A DNA stretch of 62,917 bases, filler included, from Candidatus Woesearchaeota archaeon (GTDB lineage: Archaea; Nanobdellota; Nanobdellia; Pacearchaeales; UBA284): NCBI GenBank assembly GCA_964354405.1. It is 6 parts of 6 records of this genome, joined end to end, with 100 filler letters (N's around TTAATTAATTAA, not from the genome) between each part and the next. Parts side by side here need not be neighbours in the genome. Positions count along the whole stretch, not along the records: positions 19,098 to 36,451 come from CAYGZP010000006.1; positions 36,552 to 44,757 come from CAYGZP010000008.1; 4 more parts are not named here. The stretch is one strand, 5' to 3'. Made by a program: the position numbers and the translations under genes. This document shows positions 30,502 to 39,890 of this stretch, one piece after another. A model generated the notes under the pieces. It was not told where the DNA came from and did no database searches. It worked only from the letters and a program-made list of their open reading frames with translations. The stretch's first letter is position 1. Each line of letters opens with the position of its first letter.

Positions 30502-30901
30502 ATACAGCTCAGAAGTGTTAAAACATTTCATCCATCCAAAGAATGTTGGCAAGTTGGAACATGCTGACGCCATCGGCAGAGTCGGCAACCCAGTCTGCGG
30601 CGATGTCATGTGGGTCTATATCAAAGTTGGCAAAAACAAAAGTGGAGAAGAGATAATTAAGGATATTAAGTTTCAAACCCTTGGATGTGCAGCTGCTATC
30701 GCCACGAGTAGCATGGTGACTCAGCTCGCAAAAGGCAAAACTCTCAAAGCAGCGCTGAAAATCACAAGAAACGATGTGGCGAGTTCTTTGAAAGGCTTGC
30801 CCCCGATAAAGATGCATTGCTCAAATCTCGCAGCAGATGCCTTACATCTCGCGATTAAAAGTTACCTGAAGAAAAAGAAAACAAAAAAAGAAAAAAAATA
30901 A
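30491..30901 (+). CDS. iscU: Fe-S cluster scaffold IscU/NifU
   Basis: HF.HPKNVG, GNPVCGD, GCAAAIATSS, LPPIKMHCS. Confidence 0.95.
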   Translation: MSFKYSSEVLKHFIHPKNVGKLEHADAIGRVGNPVCGDVMWVYIKVGKNKSGEEIIKDIKFQTLGCAAAIATSSMVTQLAKGKTLKAALKITRNDVASSLKGLPPIKMHCSNLAADALHLAIKSYLKKKKTKKEKK

Positions 30902-30902
30902 A

Positions 30903-31928
30903 ATGACAAGAAAAAAAGTTAGAGCGATTGTCCTGTTTTCAGGAGGCTTGGATTCGATCTTGGCTGCGAAGCTCCTGCAAGAGCAGAAGATAGAAGTTAT
31001 CGGGTTAAATTTCTTCTCTCCTTTTTTCTCGGAAAAAAATGCAGTTGAATCGGCAAAACAGCTGAAGATAGAATTAATTAAGATTGATTTAAGCAAAGAA
31101 CAATTCCATGAATATACTAAGTTGTTAAGAAACCCCAAACATGGTTATGGCTCTGCAATGAATCCCTGTATTGACTGTCATCTTTTCATGATAAAGAAAG
31201 CTGGCGAGTTGTTAAAAAAGTTCAAAGCAGATTTTGTTGCAACAGGCGAAGTTCTCGATGAGAGGCCAATGTCACAAAATCTTCATGCCATTCACCTTAT
31301 TGAAAGAGAATCTGGATTGCAAGGCAAATTGCTCAGGCCATTAAGTGCAAAGCTCTTGCCTGAGACAGATGTTGAGCAGCAAGGTTTAGTGGACAGAAAT
31401 AAGCTTTTGGATATTCATGGGAGATCAAGGCAAAAACAGCTCGCGCTCGCAAAAAAATACAAGTTGAAGTTTCCAACACCTGCAGGAGGCTGCATTCTCT
31501 GCGAGCAAGAATTTGCCAAGAAGCTTCGCGATTTGTTAGAACATAAAAAAAATATAGAGCCTCGCGATTTAGAGCTACTCAAGATTGGAAGGCATTTCAG
31601 AGTAGGCGGAGCCAAGATAATAGTGGCGCGTAATGAGCAAGAGAGCGATAAATTATGGGAGTTTTCAGGAAATGATATGATATTTGAAGTAAAAAATGCT
31701 CCTGGCCCGACAACCCTGCTTCAAGGCAAAGAAAGCGCCAAGATAATCCAAGTAGCATCTGAACTTACAGCAGCTTATTCAGATGCCAGAAATTTAAAAG
31801 ATGTTGTTGTAGAGGCATTTAGATATGGTGGGATAGGAATCGTGGGCAGAGAAAGCGGAAAGCTTAATAAATCTCTCAAAACTAAATTTCTTAGCCAAGA
31901 AAAAATAGAAAAGCTAAGGATAAAATGA
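30903..31928 (+). CDS. PP-loop tRNA sulfurtransferase (ThiI/MnmA-like, DUF814-fused)
   Basis: SGGLDS, PCIDC, TGEVL.ERPMSQ, PAGGC.L, GRHFR. Confidence 0.85.
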   Translation: MTRKKVRAIVLFSGGLDSILAAKLLQEQKIEVIGLNFFSPFFSEKNAVESAKQLKIELIKIDLSKEQFHEYTKLLRNPKHGYGSAMNPCIDCHLFMIKKAGELLKKFKADFVATGEVLDERPMSQNLHAIHLIERESGLQGKLLRPLSAKLLPETDVEQQGLVDRNKLLDIHGRSRQKQLALAKKYKLKFPTPAGGCILCEQEFAKKLRDLLEHKKNIEPRDLELLKIGRHFRVGGAKIIVARNEQESDKLWEFSGNDMIFEVKNAPGPTTLLQGKESAKIIQVASELTAAYSDARNLKDVVVEAFRYGGIGIVGRESGKLNKSLKTKFLSQEKIEKLRIK

Positions 31929-32158
31929 AAGTTATTGTTTATTCAACTGACACTTGTCCATGGTGTGACAAACTCAAGGAATGGCTCAAGGAAAATAAGG
32001 TTGCTTTTGAAGAAAAAAATGTTGGCGAAGATGAAAAAGCCGCGCAAGAGATGATTAAAAAATTTGGGCAGATAAGAGTCCCTATAACCAAAATCGACAA
32101 CAAATTTGTGCTGGGTTTTGATGTCGCAAACCTTAAAAAGCTGCTCAAGCTGAAATAA
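31925..32158 (+). CDS. Glutaredoxin/NrdH-like protein
   Basis: YST.TCPWC, GQ..VP, GFD. Confidence 0.9.
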   Translation: MKVIVYSTDTCPWCDKLKEWLKENKVAFEEKNVGEDEKAAQEMIKKFGQIRVPITKIDNKFVLGFDVANLKKLLKLK

Positions 32159-32168
32159 AAATAATAAA

Positions 32169-32594
32169 ATGGCAGGAAAAAAGGCAAAAAATAAAAAACT
32201 TGTGTTGGGTTTTATAGCTTTGGCGATTGCCATCGCAATCATTGTCCTGGTGATTGTTTTTTCAAAAATAAATCCTTCTGGTGAGATCTTGCTGAAAGAC
32301 GGCATCACTCTTCCTCAAGAAATTTGTTCGAATTTATCAAATGTTACAATAATTCATCAGGCAGGCTGTTCAGCTTGTGTGATAGCATTGCCTCGTTTAA
32401 GAGAATTGGAGCAGGAACTGAATCTAAATTTTAAATATTATGATTTAGCCATAGAAAACGAGAGGCAAGAGGTTTTAAATTTTGGGGTAACTCCTCAGGC
32501 AGTCCCTACAACAATAATATATTGTAAAGTTTATGTCGGAGTTCGCAGCAAAGAAGAATATAAAGACATAATAATGCAAAAAACACCAGTCTAA
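32169..32594 (+). CDS. Membrane-anchored thioredoxin-like protein
   Basis: TM helix, CSAC, AVPT. Confidence 0.75.
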   Translation: MAGKKAKNKKLVLGFIALAIAIAIIVLVIVFSKINPSGEILLKDGITLPQEICSNLSNVTIIHQAGCSACVIALPRLRELEQELNLNFKYYDLAIENERQEVLNFGVTPQAVPTTIIYCKVYVGVRSKEEYKDIIMQKTPV

Positions 32595-32596
32595 AG

Positions 32597-33298
32597 ATGG
32601 CAGCGTTAACAATTCCTACAATATTAGCATTGGCAGCCGCAGATGCAGTAAATCCCTGCGAGCTCGCTGTTCTCACACTCGCGCTCATAGCAATATTAAC
32701 GCGATACCCAAGAGAAAGAAAAAAAGTTTTACAGGTGGGCTTGGCTTTCACAGCTGCAATATTTTTGATGTATCTTTTTTATGGTGTTGTTCTTATCAAT
32801 GTTTTCAAAGGATTGACTGCGATAGCTGACATAAAGATATGGCTCTATAGCGCTCTAGGGGTCATAGGAATAATTCTCGGAGCATTTAACATAAAAGATT
32901 TCTTTGCCTATGGTGGTGGGGGTTTTGTGACAGAAGTTCCAAGAAAATGGCGGCCGTCAATGAAAAATATAATCGCTAAGATAACTTCGGCAAAGGGCGC
33001 GTTCATCACAGGTTTAGTCGTAGCACTGTTCCTAACGCCATGCACTATGGGGCCTTACATAATCTGCTGCGGACTGCTCGAGCCATTAAGCATTCTTGAA
33101 ACAATCCCATGGCTTATTTTGTATAACCTTATATTCGTGCTGCCTATGATTGCAATAACCCTCATCATTTATTTCGGATTCACAACAATCGATTCAGTTT
33201 ACGGTTGGCGCGAGAAGAACTTGAGATTGTTGCATTTAATCGCGGGCATAATCCTTGTTTTGATAGGCTTGGCATTATTATTCGGATGGTTATATTAA
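32597..33298 (+). CDS. CcdA/DsbD-type transmembrane disulfide transporter
   Basis: DAVNPC, PCT.GPY, YN.IFVLP, about six TM helices. Confidence 0.85.
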   Translation: MAALTIPTILALAAADAVNPCELAVLTLALIAILTRYPRERKKVLQVGLAFTAAIFLMYLFYGVVLINVFKGLTAIADIKIWLYSALGVIGIILGAFNIKDFFAYGGGGFVTEVPRKWRPSMKNIIAKITSAKGAFITGLVVALFLTPCTMGPYIICCGLLEPLSILETIPWLILYNLIFVLPMIAITLIIYFGFTTIDSVYGWREKNLRLLHLIAGIILVLIGLALLFGWLY

Positions 33299-33341
33299 CT
33301 CACACTAAAATATAAAAAGTTAACAAACATAACAAAATAAT

Positions 33342-33581
33342 ATGATATCATTCATAACAATTTTGGGGTGGAGCGGCATGGCTTTAATCCTTATAGCATA
33401 TCTACTTGTTACAACAAAACAGATTGGGCCAAGCTCGAGGATTTATCAGTCTTTAAATTTGATAGGTGCCATAGGTGTATTTATTAATTCTATTGTCAAT
33501 GATGCCTGGCCATCAGCAGTATTATTCATAGTTTGGGGCTGCTTGGCACTAATCTATCTAATCACTTCGCTTAGAAAATAA
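33342..33581 (+). CDS. Small membrane protein (CBU_0592-like)
   Basis: GW.G..LIL.AY.L, YQ.LN.IGA. Confidence 0.7.
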   Translation: MISFITILGWSGMALILIAYLLVTTKQIGPSSRIYQSLNLIGAIGVFINSIVNDAWPSAVLFIVWGCLALIYLITSLRK

Positions 33582-33624
33582 AAAGAGATAAAAAAAGAGG
33601 AAGAGAAAGGTAAACTAATAGAAA

Positions 33625-34524
33625 ATGTTGTATGATTTAATCATTGTTGGCTCGGGGCCAGCAGGTTTGACAGCTGCTTTGTTCGCAGCGCGCTACAAGT
33701 TAAAAACTCTAATCATCGGCAAAGAGTTAGGAGGCCAAGCAAATTATGCTCATGAAATTGAGAATTATCCTGGATTCTCGAGCATCTCGGGCAGAGAATT
33801 GATAAACAAATTCAAAGAAAATCTCTCGCCGTTCAAAATAAGGCTTGTAGAAGATGAAGTAAAACACATTGAAAAGACAAAAGATATCTTTACAATCTTA
33901 ACTTCTAAAAATAAATACACAAGCAGCTCGTTAATTTTGGCATTGGGCACAGAAAGAAAGAAACTTAATCTGCCAGAAGAAGAAAAATTTATTGGCCGCG
34001 GCATTTCATACTGCTCAACATGCGACTCGCCTTTATTCAAGAATAAAATTGTCGCAGTCATCGGAGGAAACAACTCAGCAGCAATGTCCGCGCTGCTTCT
34101 CGTAAAATACGCAAAAAAAGTCTATATAATTTACAGGAGCTCACAGCTCAGGGCTGACGCAGTCCTGCTCGACAAAGTAAAGAAGGAAAAAAATATCTCA
34201 GTAATCTACAATGCAGAAGTAAATAACATATCGGGCAAGAGTTTTGTTGAATCAATACATCTCACAAATAAAAAAATCTTGGAAGTTCAAGGAATCTTTG
34301 TTGAAATCGGCTCAACCCCCTCTATATATTTAACAAAGAAACTCGGGCTTAGAACAGATGTTCAGGGTTATATCGCTGTGAACAATGAAATGAAAACAAA
34401 TATCCAGGGCATTTTCGCAGCAGGCGACTGTGTCTTAAAAAAACTCAGGCAGATAGTAAATGCCTGCGGCGAGGGCGCTGTTGCTGTGTTCTCGGCAAAT
34501 TCATACTTAAAATCTAAAAAATAA
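33625..34524 (+). CDS. trxB: Thioredoxin reductase
   Basis: G.GPAGLTAA, ENYPG, GISYCSTCD, FAAGD. Confidence 0.93.
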   Translation: MLYDLIIVGSGPAGLTAALFAARYKLKTLIIGKELGGQANYAHEIENYPGFSSISGRELINKFKENLSPFKIRLVEDEVKHIEKTKDIFTILTSKNKYTSSSLILALGTERKKLNLPEEEKFIGRGISYCSTCDSPLFKNKIVAVIGGNNSAAMSALLLVKYAKKVYIIYRSSQLRADAVLLDKVKKEKNISVIYNAEVNNISGKSFVESIHLTNKKILEVQGIFVEIGSTPSIYLTKKLGLRTDVQGYIAVNNEMKTNIQGIFAAGDCVLKKLRQIVNACGEGAVAVFSANSYLKSKK

Positions 34525-34567
34525 AATAAATAAAAAAACAGAAAAAGAGAGAAAAAGACAAGAAAAA

Positions 34568-34825
34568 ATGCACAGAATGCATGTAGGCAGAATCCTTGAA
34601 TTTCTTATAATAGGAGTGATTGTAGGGATAGCAGAAGACTTAGTTGTAATTTATGCAACAACAAAAGAGTTCAGTCCACATATCTTATTGATAACTGCAA
34701 TGATTGCAATTCCTTTTGGTGTTTTGAGCGAGTTGATTGTGGACCATTTCAAGCCGTTCCACACAAAGAAAGCAAAAGCCAAAGAACGAGAGCACGAAAG
34801 AACAGGAATAATGCCGAAGAAGTAA
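34568..34825 (+). CDS. Small membrane protein
   Basis: EFLIIG...G..ED...AIPF...SELIVDH. Confidence 0.6.
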   Translation: MHRMHVGRILEFLIIGVIVGIAEDLVVIYATTKEFSPHILLITAMIAIPFGVLSELIVDHFKPFHTKKAKAKEREHERTGIMPKK

Positions 34826-34931
34826 ATTAGTAAAGGACAAACGCAGTTGTTCAACGAGTTGGGTTTATCCTTAACATTATCATTTAACAAATAGAAAAGC
34901 TTTAAAAATTCATATAGTTCTTTAATATCGT

Positions 34932-35003
34932 GCCCACATGGTGCAATGGCTAACACACAACCCTGTCACGGTTGTAACCCGGGTTCGAATCCCGGTGTGG
35001 GCG
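34932..35003 (+). tRNA. tRNA-Asp(GTC)
   Basis: GCCCACA/TGTGGGC acceptor, CAACC-CTGTCAC-GGTTG anticodon arm, GTTCGAATC. Confidence 0.95.
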
Positions 35004-35079
35004 TTTCATTAACATATTCTTTAGAATATATCTTTTATTTTGGAACAATACTTATAAATAACAAAATTAAAGAAATTGA

Positions 35080-35655
35080 ATGGAAAGAGAAAAAAGATTG
35101 ATTATAGAAGCTTCCCCTTGTGATACTAATTATTTTGATAAAACATTATTAACTGTAGAACAAGCAACCGGAAAGGACAGAGAGTATTGCACAAATTATA
35201 ATCAATGTAAAAATGGTGGAATATCTTGTGCGTTAAAATACGGATGGCAAATGGCCTCACATATTACAAAAGGTAGCACTCTTCAAAAAGAATTAAGAGA
35301 ATTTTCTATGGCACCTTTTCTTGATGAGGAGTTTTGGAATTCTGTAAATGGTAAAGAATATACAAGAATCAAAGGAAAAGGGAAAGTGTTAAGAGCAGTT
35401 GAAGGGTTTGCAAGAATTGTTCTTTTAATGGACCCTTTTCAATCTGTTTTTCCTAGCTGTAAAAAATGTGGTGGAGTAAAACTTGAGAAAGAAGTCATAG
35501 ATTCTATTCACGATGGGCCTTTCCCCTTGTCTGGCCATGGGCAAACAAAAAAAAGAGTTGTGGGATACTGCCCTGATTGTGAACCAGAGCCACAAGGAGG
35601 ATTTATAACTCCGAGAGATGATGGAATATCTGGTTTAGACTTTGAAGACTTCTAA
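35080..35655 (+). CDS. Hypothetical protein with Zn-ribbon motifs
   Basis: CKKC...YCPDC; directly downstream of tRNA-Asp. Confidence 0.6.
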   Translation: MEREKRLIIEASPCDTNYFDKTLLTVEQATGKDREYCTNYNQCKNGGISCALKYGWQMASHITKGSTLQKELREFSMAPFLDEEFWNSVNGKEYTRIKGKGKVLRAVEGFARIVLLMDPFQSVFPSCKKCGGVKLEKEVIDSIHDGPFPLSGHGQTKKRVVGYCPDCEPEPQGGFITPRDDGISGLDFEDF

Positions 35656-35759
35656 TCTCTTTCAAAATATTTAAAAATCTCGAGAACTCGCTCATAAATT
35701 AAATAAATAAAAGAAAATAAATAAAAAAAGAAAAAGTAAAAAAATATAAAAATTAATGA

Positions 35760-36314
35760 TTAACAGTATTGGCTACAATTGCCGCCAAAAGCCTGCGGAT
35801 TCTGCTGACACATATCACATGCTTGCTCCATCGCCTGTCTCAAAACCGCTGTCAAATCTTCGCAAGTTCCTGAAGGCTTCGCTATATCTGCATCTGTGAC
35901 AATTCCTGGAACACAGCTAAAAGTGTATCCTTGATAAGTTTCTACAGCCGAATCAATTGTTTCTGCAGGGTTTTGCTGCTGGTTTTTTGTCAACTCTGCA
36001 AGTTCTTCAATATTGTAAAAACTGCATTTTCCTGTCTGGTCAACCATATATATATCATCTCCTTTTTTTACAATAGACATCTGCTGAACTCCCTGTTCTT
36101 TTGATATAGCTTTATAATCCTCATTCTTTAGCCACCATGTGACTTCTGTGGTTCCGTCAGTTGCAGTGCATTTTGCATTTCCTTTCCCGAAAAAATCAGC
36201 AAAACTGCTCCCGCCTGCGCCCCCGCCAGCCTGTGAGCCAGATTGCTGGCAGCCTGCGCCGATAACTAACACCGCGAGAATCAACAAACTAAAAATCGCA
36301 AAAATCTTTTTCAT
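35760..36314 (-). CDS. Lipoprotein
   Basis: GGAGG SD; MKK + hydrophobic stretch + GAGC lipobox. Confidence 0.7.
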   Translation of the reverse strand: MKKIFAIFSLLILAVLVIGAGCQQSGSQAGGGAGGSSFADFFGKGNAKCTATDGTTEVTWWLKNEDYKAISKEQGVQQMSIVKKGDDIYMVDQTGKCSFYNIEELAELTKNQQQNPAETIDSAVETYQGYTFSCVPGIVTDADIAKPSGTCEDLTAVLRQAMEQACDMCQQNPQAFGGNCSQYC

Positions 36315-36669
36315 TTAAACCTCCTTTATTAGCCAAACAAATGGGCATTTAAAAATCTTAACCCACTACAACAATCTTTTTAAACTCTTGAGCATTTAAA
36401 ATTATACTAAGGGGTAAGCAAAAAAGATAAAATGGCAAACAAGAATTGTCCNNNNNNNNNNNNNNNNNNNNNNNNNNNNNNNNNNNNNNNNNNNNTTAAT
36501 TAATTAANNNNNNNNNNNNNNNNNNNNNNNNNNNNNNNNNNNNNNNNNNNNCTTACTTCAACATCAAGATCAACGGGTTCCTATCCCAGCGGATCGTCGA
36601 CTTCAAAGGCAAGCGCACCTAAAAAATAGGATGATGTGATCTGGGTATCGGCCCCCTGGATTACTGATC

Positions 36670-36697
36670 TTGACATCGTTCGAATCAAAGTGATAAT
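36670..36697 (+). promoter_or_regulatory. Bacterial sigma70-like promoter facing the cassette array
   Basis: TTGACA-16 nt-GATAAT. Confidence 0.45.
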
Positions 36698-36762
36698 CTC
36701 CATTTATGTTACCGGGGGGATATTTACAGACACAACAGGACTTAGTCTTTGTCGAGGAACAA

Positions 36763-36837
36763 AAAACCGCTATGATTTACACCCATGTCTTGAATAAGGG
36801 AGGCCACGGAGTACAAAGCCCGGTTGATAGGCTTTGA
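36763..36837 (+). pseudogene. intI: Integron integrase C-terminal remnant
   Basis: KTAMIYTHVLNKGGHGVQSPVDRL* matches the IntI C-terminus with catalytic Tyr; upstream LLGH missing. Confidence 0.8.
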
Positions 36838-36843
36838 ACCGAT

Positions 36844-37007
36844 TTATACAGTCTGTATAAACCGGGAAGCTCTGAGGTGAAAGATGGAGGTAAGCAGTTG
36901 AAATGAAAGGCGATGGACGAAAAGACAGGAAAAGGGAGAGACTTCTTATACGGAAAGAGACAGTCTGTATTTCCAGAATTATACAGACTGTATAATCATT
37001 GTTAGGT
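36844..37007 (+). other. attI region
   Basis: Palindromes TTATACAG(T/A)CTGTATAA at 36844 and 36979; core GTTAGGT at 37001-37007 complementary to ACCTAAC of the first attC. Confidence 0.7.
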
Positions 37008-37024
37008 AGCACGCGAGACTCCAA

Positions 37025-37918
37025 ATGCAAACTGACCTCTGGAAAATCACGTGCGAAGAGCACCTCTATCCTGGACTATGGCAGAGGTGGTTCCGAAACC
37101 AATCTGTTGCGCTAGGCTGGCCACCGCAGGCTGGCTTTCATCTCGACGGCTCCGGTGTCCGCACGTTGGGGTGGACCATAGCGCGTAACGCACTCGCCCG
37201 AATAAAGCCCGGTGACCACATCTTCGTGGCCCTTCAGGGCAGCCGTGTTGCCCGCCTAGGCACGGTTACCGGGCTAGCCGTTCAGGATTCAGAGTGGAAC
37301 CCTTTCATTCCACCATCCCGCACGGAGAAATACGGCGAAAAGGGTCGGCGAATTCACGTGCGGTGGCACTTGGAGCTAGGCCCAGACGACCGAGAGCAGG
37401 TGGTTGAGCTTCCACCACGCTTTCGGCTAACCGGTGCTCAACTCCGCACCACTCTGTCGATTGTCAAGTCACTATCGCTTGCTGGTTTGCAGCGCATCCT
37501 TTCCGATCCGACCAATTGGGTCCGGCTATGGGCAAATTTCGAGTACGAACGAGCCCTTTCTGGCTATATCGCCGCATATCCTCACCGCTTGGAGGATGGC
37601 CTGCTCCCGCACCCTCTTGAGAAGACCCGCGAGCGACGAGGACGAGGGAGGACGAGAATGGATGTCCTACTCATTGACGAATTCGGAACCCCGGTTGTAG
37701 TGGAGTGCAAACAGGACGGCCCGACGCTCAACCACCTTAGACAACTGCGCGCCTACATGGCCCAGGTACGGAAGGACACAGGCAAGATGCCTCGGGGTAT
37801 TCTCGTACACGGTGGTGCGCGCAAACTCCGGGAGGAGGTCCGCAAGGCTGCGCAGTTCAGGCCCAGAATCGATCTTGTCCAGCACAATCTTGAAGTGGTG
37901 TTTTCGCGTTCGACATGA
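37025..37918 (+). CDS. Cassette 1: EVE/PUA-like domain plus NucS-like PD-(D/E)XK nuclease
   Basis: VALGW, IKPGD.IFV N-terminal; RMDVL.IDE.G.PVVVECK, QL..YM, RGILV. Confidence 0.7.
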   Translation: MQTDLWKITCEEHLYPGLWQRWFRNQSVALGWPPQAGFHLDGSGVRTLGWTIARNALARIKPGDHIFVALQGSRVARLGTVTGLAVQDSEWNPFIPPSRTEKYGEKGRRIHVRWHLELGPDDREQVVELPPRFRLTGAQLRTTLSIVKSLSLAGLQRILSDPTNWVRLWANFEYERALSGYIAAYPHRLEDGLLPHPLEKTRERRGRGRTRMDVLLIDEFGTPVVVECKQDGPTLNHLRQLRAYMAQVRKDTGKMPRGILVHGGARKLREEVRKAAQFRPRIDLVQHNLEVVFSRST

Positions 37919-37932
37919 TTTGTACGTGTGCA

Positions 37933-37999
37933 ACCTAACCCGTGCGTGCAGCGGGCGCGCGGCCGGCGGGCCGCGCGCCGCTGACGCACCACGTTAGCC
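37933..37999 (+). other. attC site 1
   Basis: ACCTAAC ... GC-rich imperfect palindrome ... GTTAGCC. Confidence 0.88.
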
Positions 38000-38027
38000 T
38001 GAGCAGCCATCGACCCAAGGAGGGCGA

Positions 38028-38480
38028 ATGCAAGTTCTTCAGGTCATCATAGCGACGGTCGTGAGCACGGGCATTATCGCCGCGTTCATGCACCACTTCT
38101 ACGACAAGCGCCTCCGAACACACGAGCTTAAGCTCCGGAGGTACATGGAGCTGATCAAAGAACTGTCCAAGCTGATGGGCAGCGAAGCTGACTTCGATAA
38201 GTTGAGACCTTTGCTGAATGGTGCTTTGTTATTTTCCTCCGACAGAGTCGTCAGCGAAATCCTGAACTTCAACGAGGCCTTCACGCACGCGCGAGATGCT
38301 GCAAGAGGAAGCCTGAATTTCCAAATGACAGCCGAGCAGATCGCGCCTCTAGTCATCGCTATCCGTAAGGACCTGTACCTAAAGTCTTCGTCACTTCGGA
38401 GAAAAGAATTGCGGTTCTTCCAGAGGGTTCAGGATAGGGCGGCATCTGAAGGCGCTCCTCATCAGAAGGCCACAGGCTAA
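38028..38480 (+). CDS. Cassette 2: hypothetical protein with N-terminal TM helix
   Basis: AGGAGG SD; stop TAA lies inside the attC inverse core. Confidence 0.75.
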   Translation: MQVLQVIIATVVSTGIIAAFMHHFYDKRLRTHELKLRRYMELIKELSKLMGSEADFDKLRPLLNGALLFSSDRVVSEILNFNEAFTHARDAARGSLNFQMTAEQIAPLVIAIRKDLYLKSSSLRRKELRFFQRVQDRAASEGAPHQKATG

Positions 38481-38564
38481 CAACGACATTGAGTCGACGG
38501 GCAGAACGGTTACAGCATCATGCCTACGCAATGGCGCCTACGTATTATGTTGATAGCGTTAGGC
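38475..38564 (+). other. attC site 2
   Basis: GGCTAAC ... GTTAGGC; weaker internal pairing. Confidence 0.75.
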
Positions 38565-38582
38565 CGGCGGAGAGGAGGATCC

Positions 38583-39158
38583 ATGACAGCTCTTCCCAAT
38601 CTGGTTGAAAGCTTCTTCGCCGAAGTTGCCGTGGGCAGTGTCGAGATCTATAACGAGTTCAGCCTTCAGCACGAGCTCGGGATCCACCTCAGGCACGCGC
38701 TGGAGCCCGATCGCAAAGTGCAATTCGAGCGACCTGTCGCCTCCTTTGGTCTCCGAGGGTCATTCCTCAAGAAGGAGATCGACATCACGGTGTTCACGCC
38801 AGATCTACGTGAGAAGATAGCGATTGAGCTGAAGTTCCCGCGGAACGGCCAGCACCCAGAACAGATGTTCAAGGCCTGCCAAGACATCGGCTTCCTAGAA
38901 CAGGTTGTGGCCGCTGGATTCGACGCCGGCTTCTTTGTGTTTACCGCAGATGACCACTTGTTCTTCGGCGGCCCAGACCGAACCGGCATATATGCGTACT
39001 TCCGGGCTGGGCATTGTCTGCAAGGGACGATCATCAAGCCCACAGGGCGAAAGGACGAGCAAGTCACCATCAACGGACGCTACTCGCTGTTGTGGCAAGA
39101 GGTAGGCTCGGTCCTTCGCTACTTCTGTCTTGTCGTAGGAGCGGGTAGCGCGGCCTAA
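38583..39158 (+). CDS. Cassette 3: putative PD-(D/E)XK nuclease
   Basis: GGAGG SD; YNEFSLQHELG, EIDITVF, AIELK. Confidence 0.7.
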   Translation: MTALPNLVESFFAEVAVGSVEIYNEFSLQHELGIHLRHALEPDRKVQFERPVASFGLRGSFLKKEIDITVFTPDLREKIAIELKFPRNGQHPEQMFKACQDIGFLEQVVAAGFDAGFFVFTADDHLFFGGPDRTGIYAYFRAGHCLQGTIIKPTGRKDEQVTINGRYSLLWQEVGSVLRYFCLVVGAGSAA

Positions 39159-39224
39159 CAAAGGGATGAAGCTGACGAAGTGTGGTCAACTTCGGAGCTT
39201 CGCAGCTTATCCCCAGTGTTAGCC
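39153..39224 (+). other. attC site 3
   Basis: GCCTAAC, GGGATGAAGCTG/CAGCTTATCCC arms, GTTAGCC. Confidence 0.9.
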
Positions 39225-39236
39225 TAGGAGAATAGA

Positions 39237-39797
39237 ATGGAAAAAGGTACTCTCGACATTGAAGCAAGTATCGTGTTCGAAAAATTTGATGAGATTCCCG
39301 CTGATTTAGCAATCAAGGCGATACAATGCATAAACGATGCTTTCTTCTTTAGTGAACTCGATGACTTGCGTTATATCCGACAGGAATTTAAAGAAATCCC
39401 AAGAGTGGCATTTGACGCAGCTGAGTATAGAATGAGGCAGCATAAAAGGCAGTCTGTGCTTCTTCATGCCGTTAACAAAGGCTCATTGGAAATCGCCGTG
39501 GTTGGAACGGGGTTAGCGGTTTGGTTTCTTAAACAGACCATCGGGGAAACTATAAAGGAGGCTTGGCACGAGAGCGAGTTGCACAAGAAGATTAAAAGGG
39601 TTCTGGTTAGCAGGCGCTCCGACAAGAACCGATCAATCATGGAAGACGCCAAACGACGGCTTGAACAGAATCTGCGAATTGAAGTGCAGGTCGGATATAG
39701 CGATGATCTGAAAAGAGTTCATATCGGTTTTCAAATATGGATTCCTCCTGATTATAAAGAACCATTTCCTCGCCGTCATGATCAATTATTGGAATAG
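39237..39797 (+). CDS. Cassette 4: hypothetical protein
   Basis: AGGAG SD; 186 aa; more AT-rich than neighbouring cassettes. Confidence 0.7.
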   Translation: MEKGTLDIEASIVFEKFDEIPADLAIKAIQCINDAFFFSELDDLRYIRQEFKEIPRVAFDAAEYRMRQHKRQSVLLHAVNKGSLEIAVVGTGLAVWFLKQTIGETIKEAWHESELHKKIKRVLVSRRSDKNRSIMEDAKRRLEQNLRIEVQVGYSDDLKRVHIGFQIWIPPDYKEPFPRRHDQLLE

Positions 39798-39810
39798 ATA
39801 TGAAAAGATT

Positions 39811-39870
39811 GGCTAACAAACGGCTGCACGCGGATGTGCTAACGCACGCCGGTGAGCCACAGCGTTAGCC
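39811..39870 (+). other. attC site 4
   Basis: GGCTAAC, GGCTGCAC/GTGAGCC arms, GTTAGCC. Confidence 0.88.
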
Positions 39871-39890
39871 CGAAGAAAAGACTATATCAG

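Noticed and set aside
38520..38582. Track starts for cassette ORFs at 38520, 39852 and 40462
   Set aside because: They begin inside attC sites or the previous gene; downstream ATGs (38583, 39891, 40531) are more plausible
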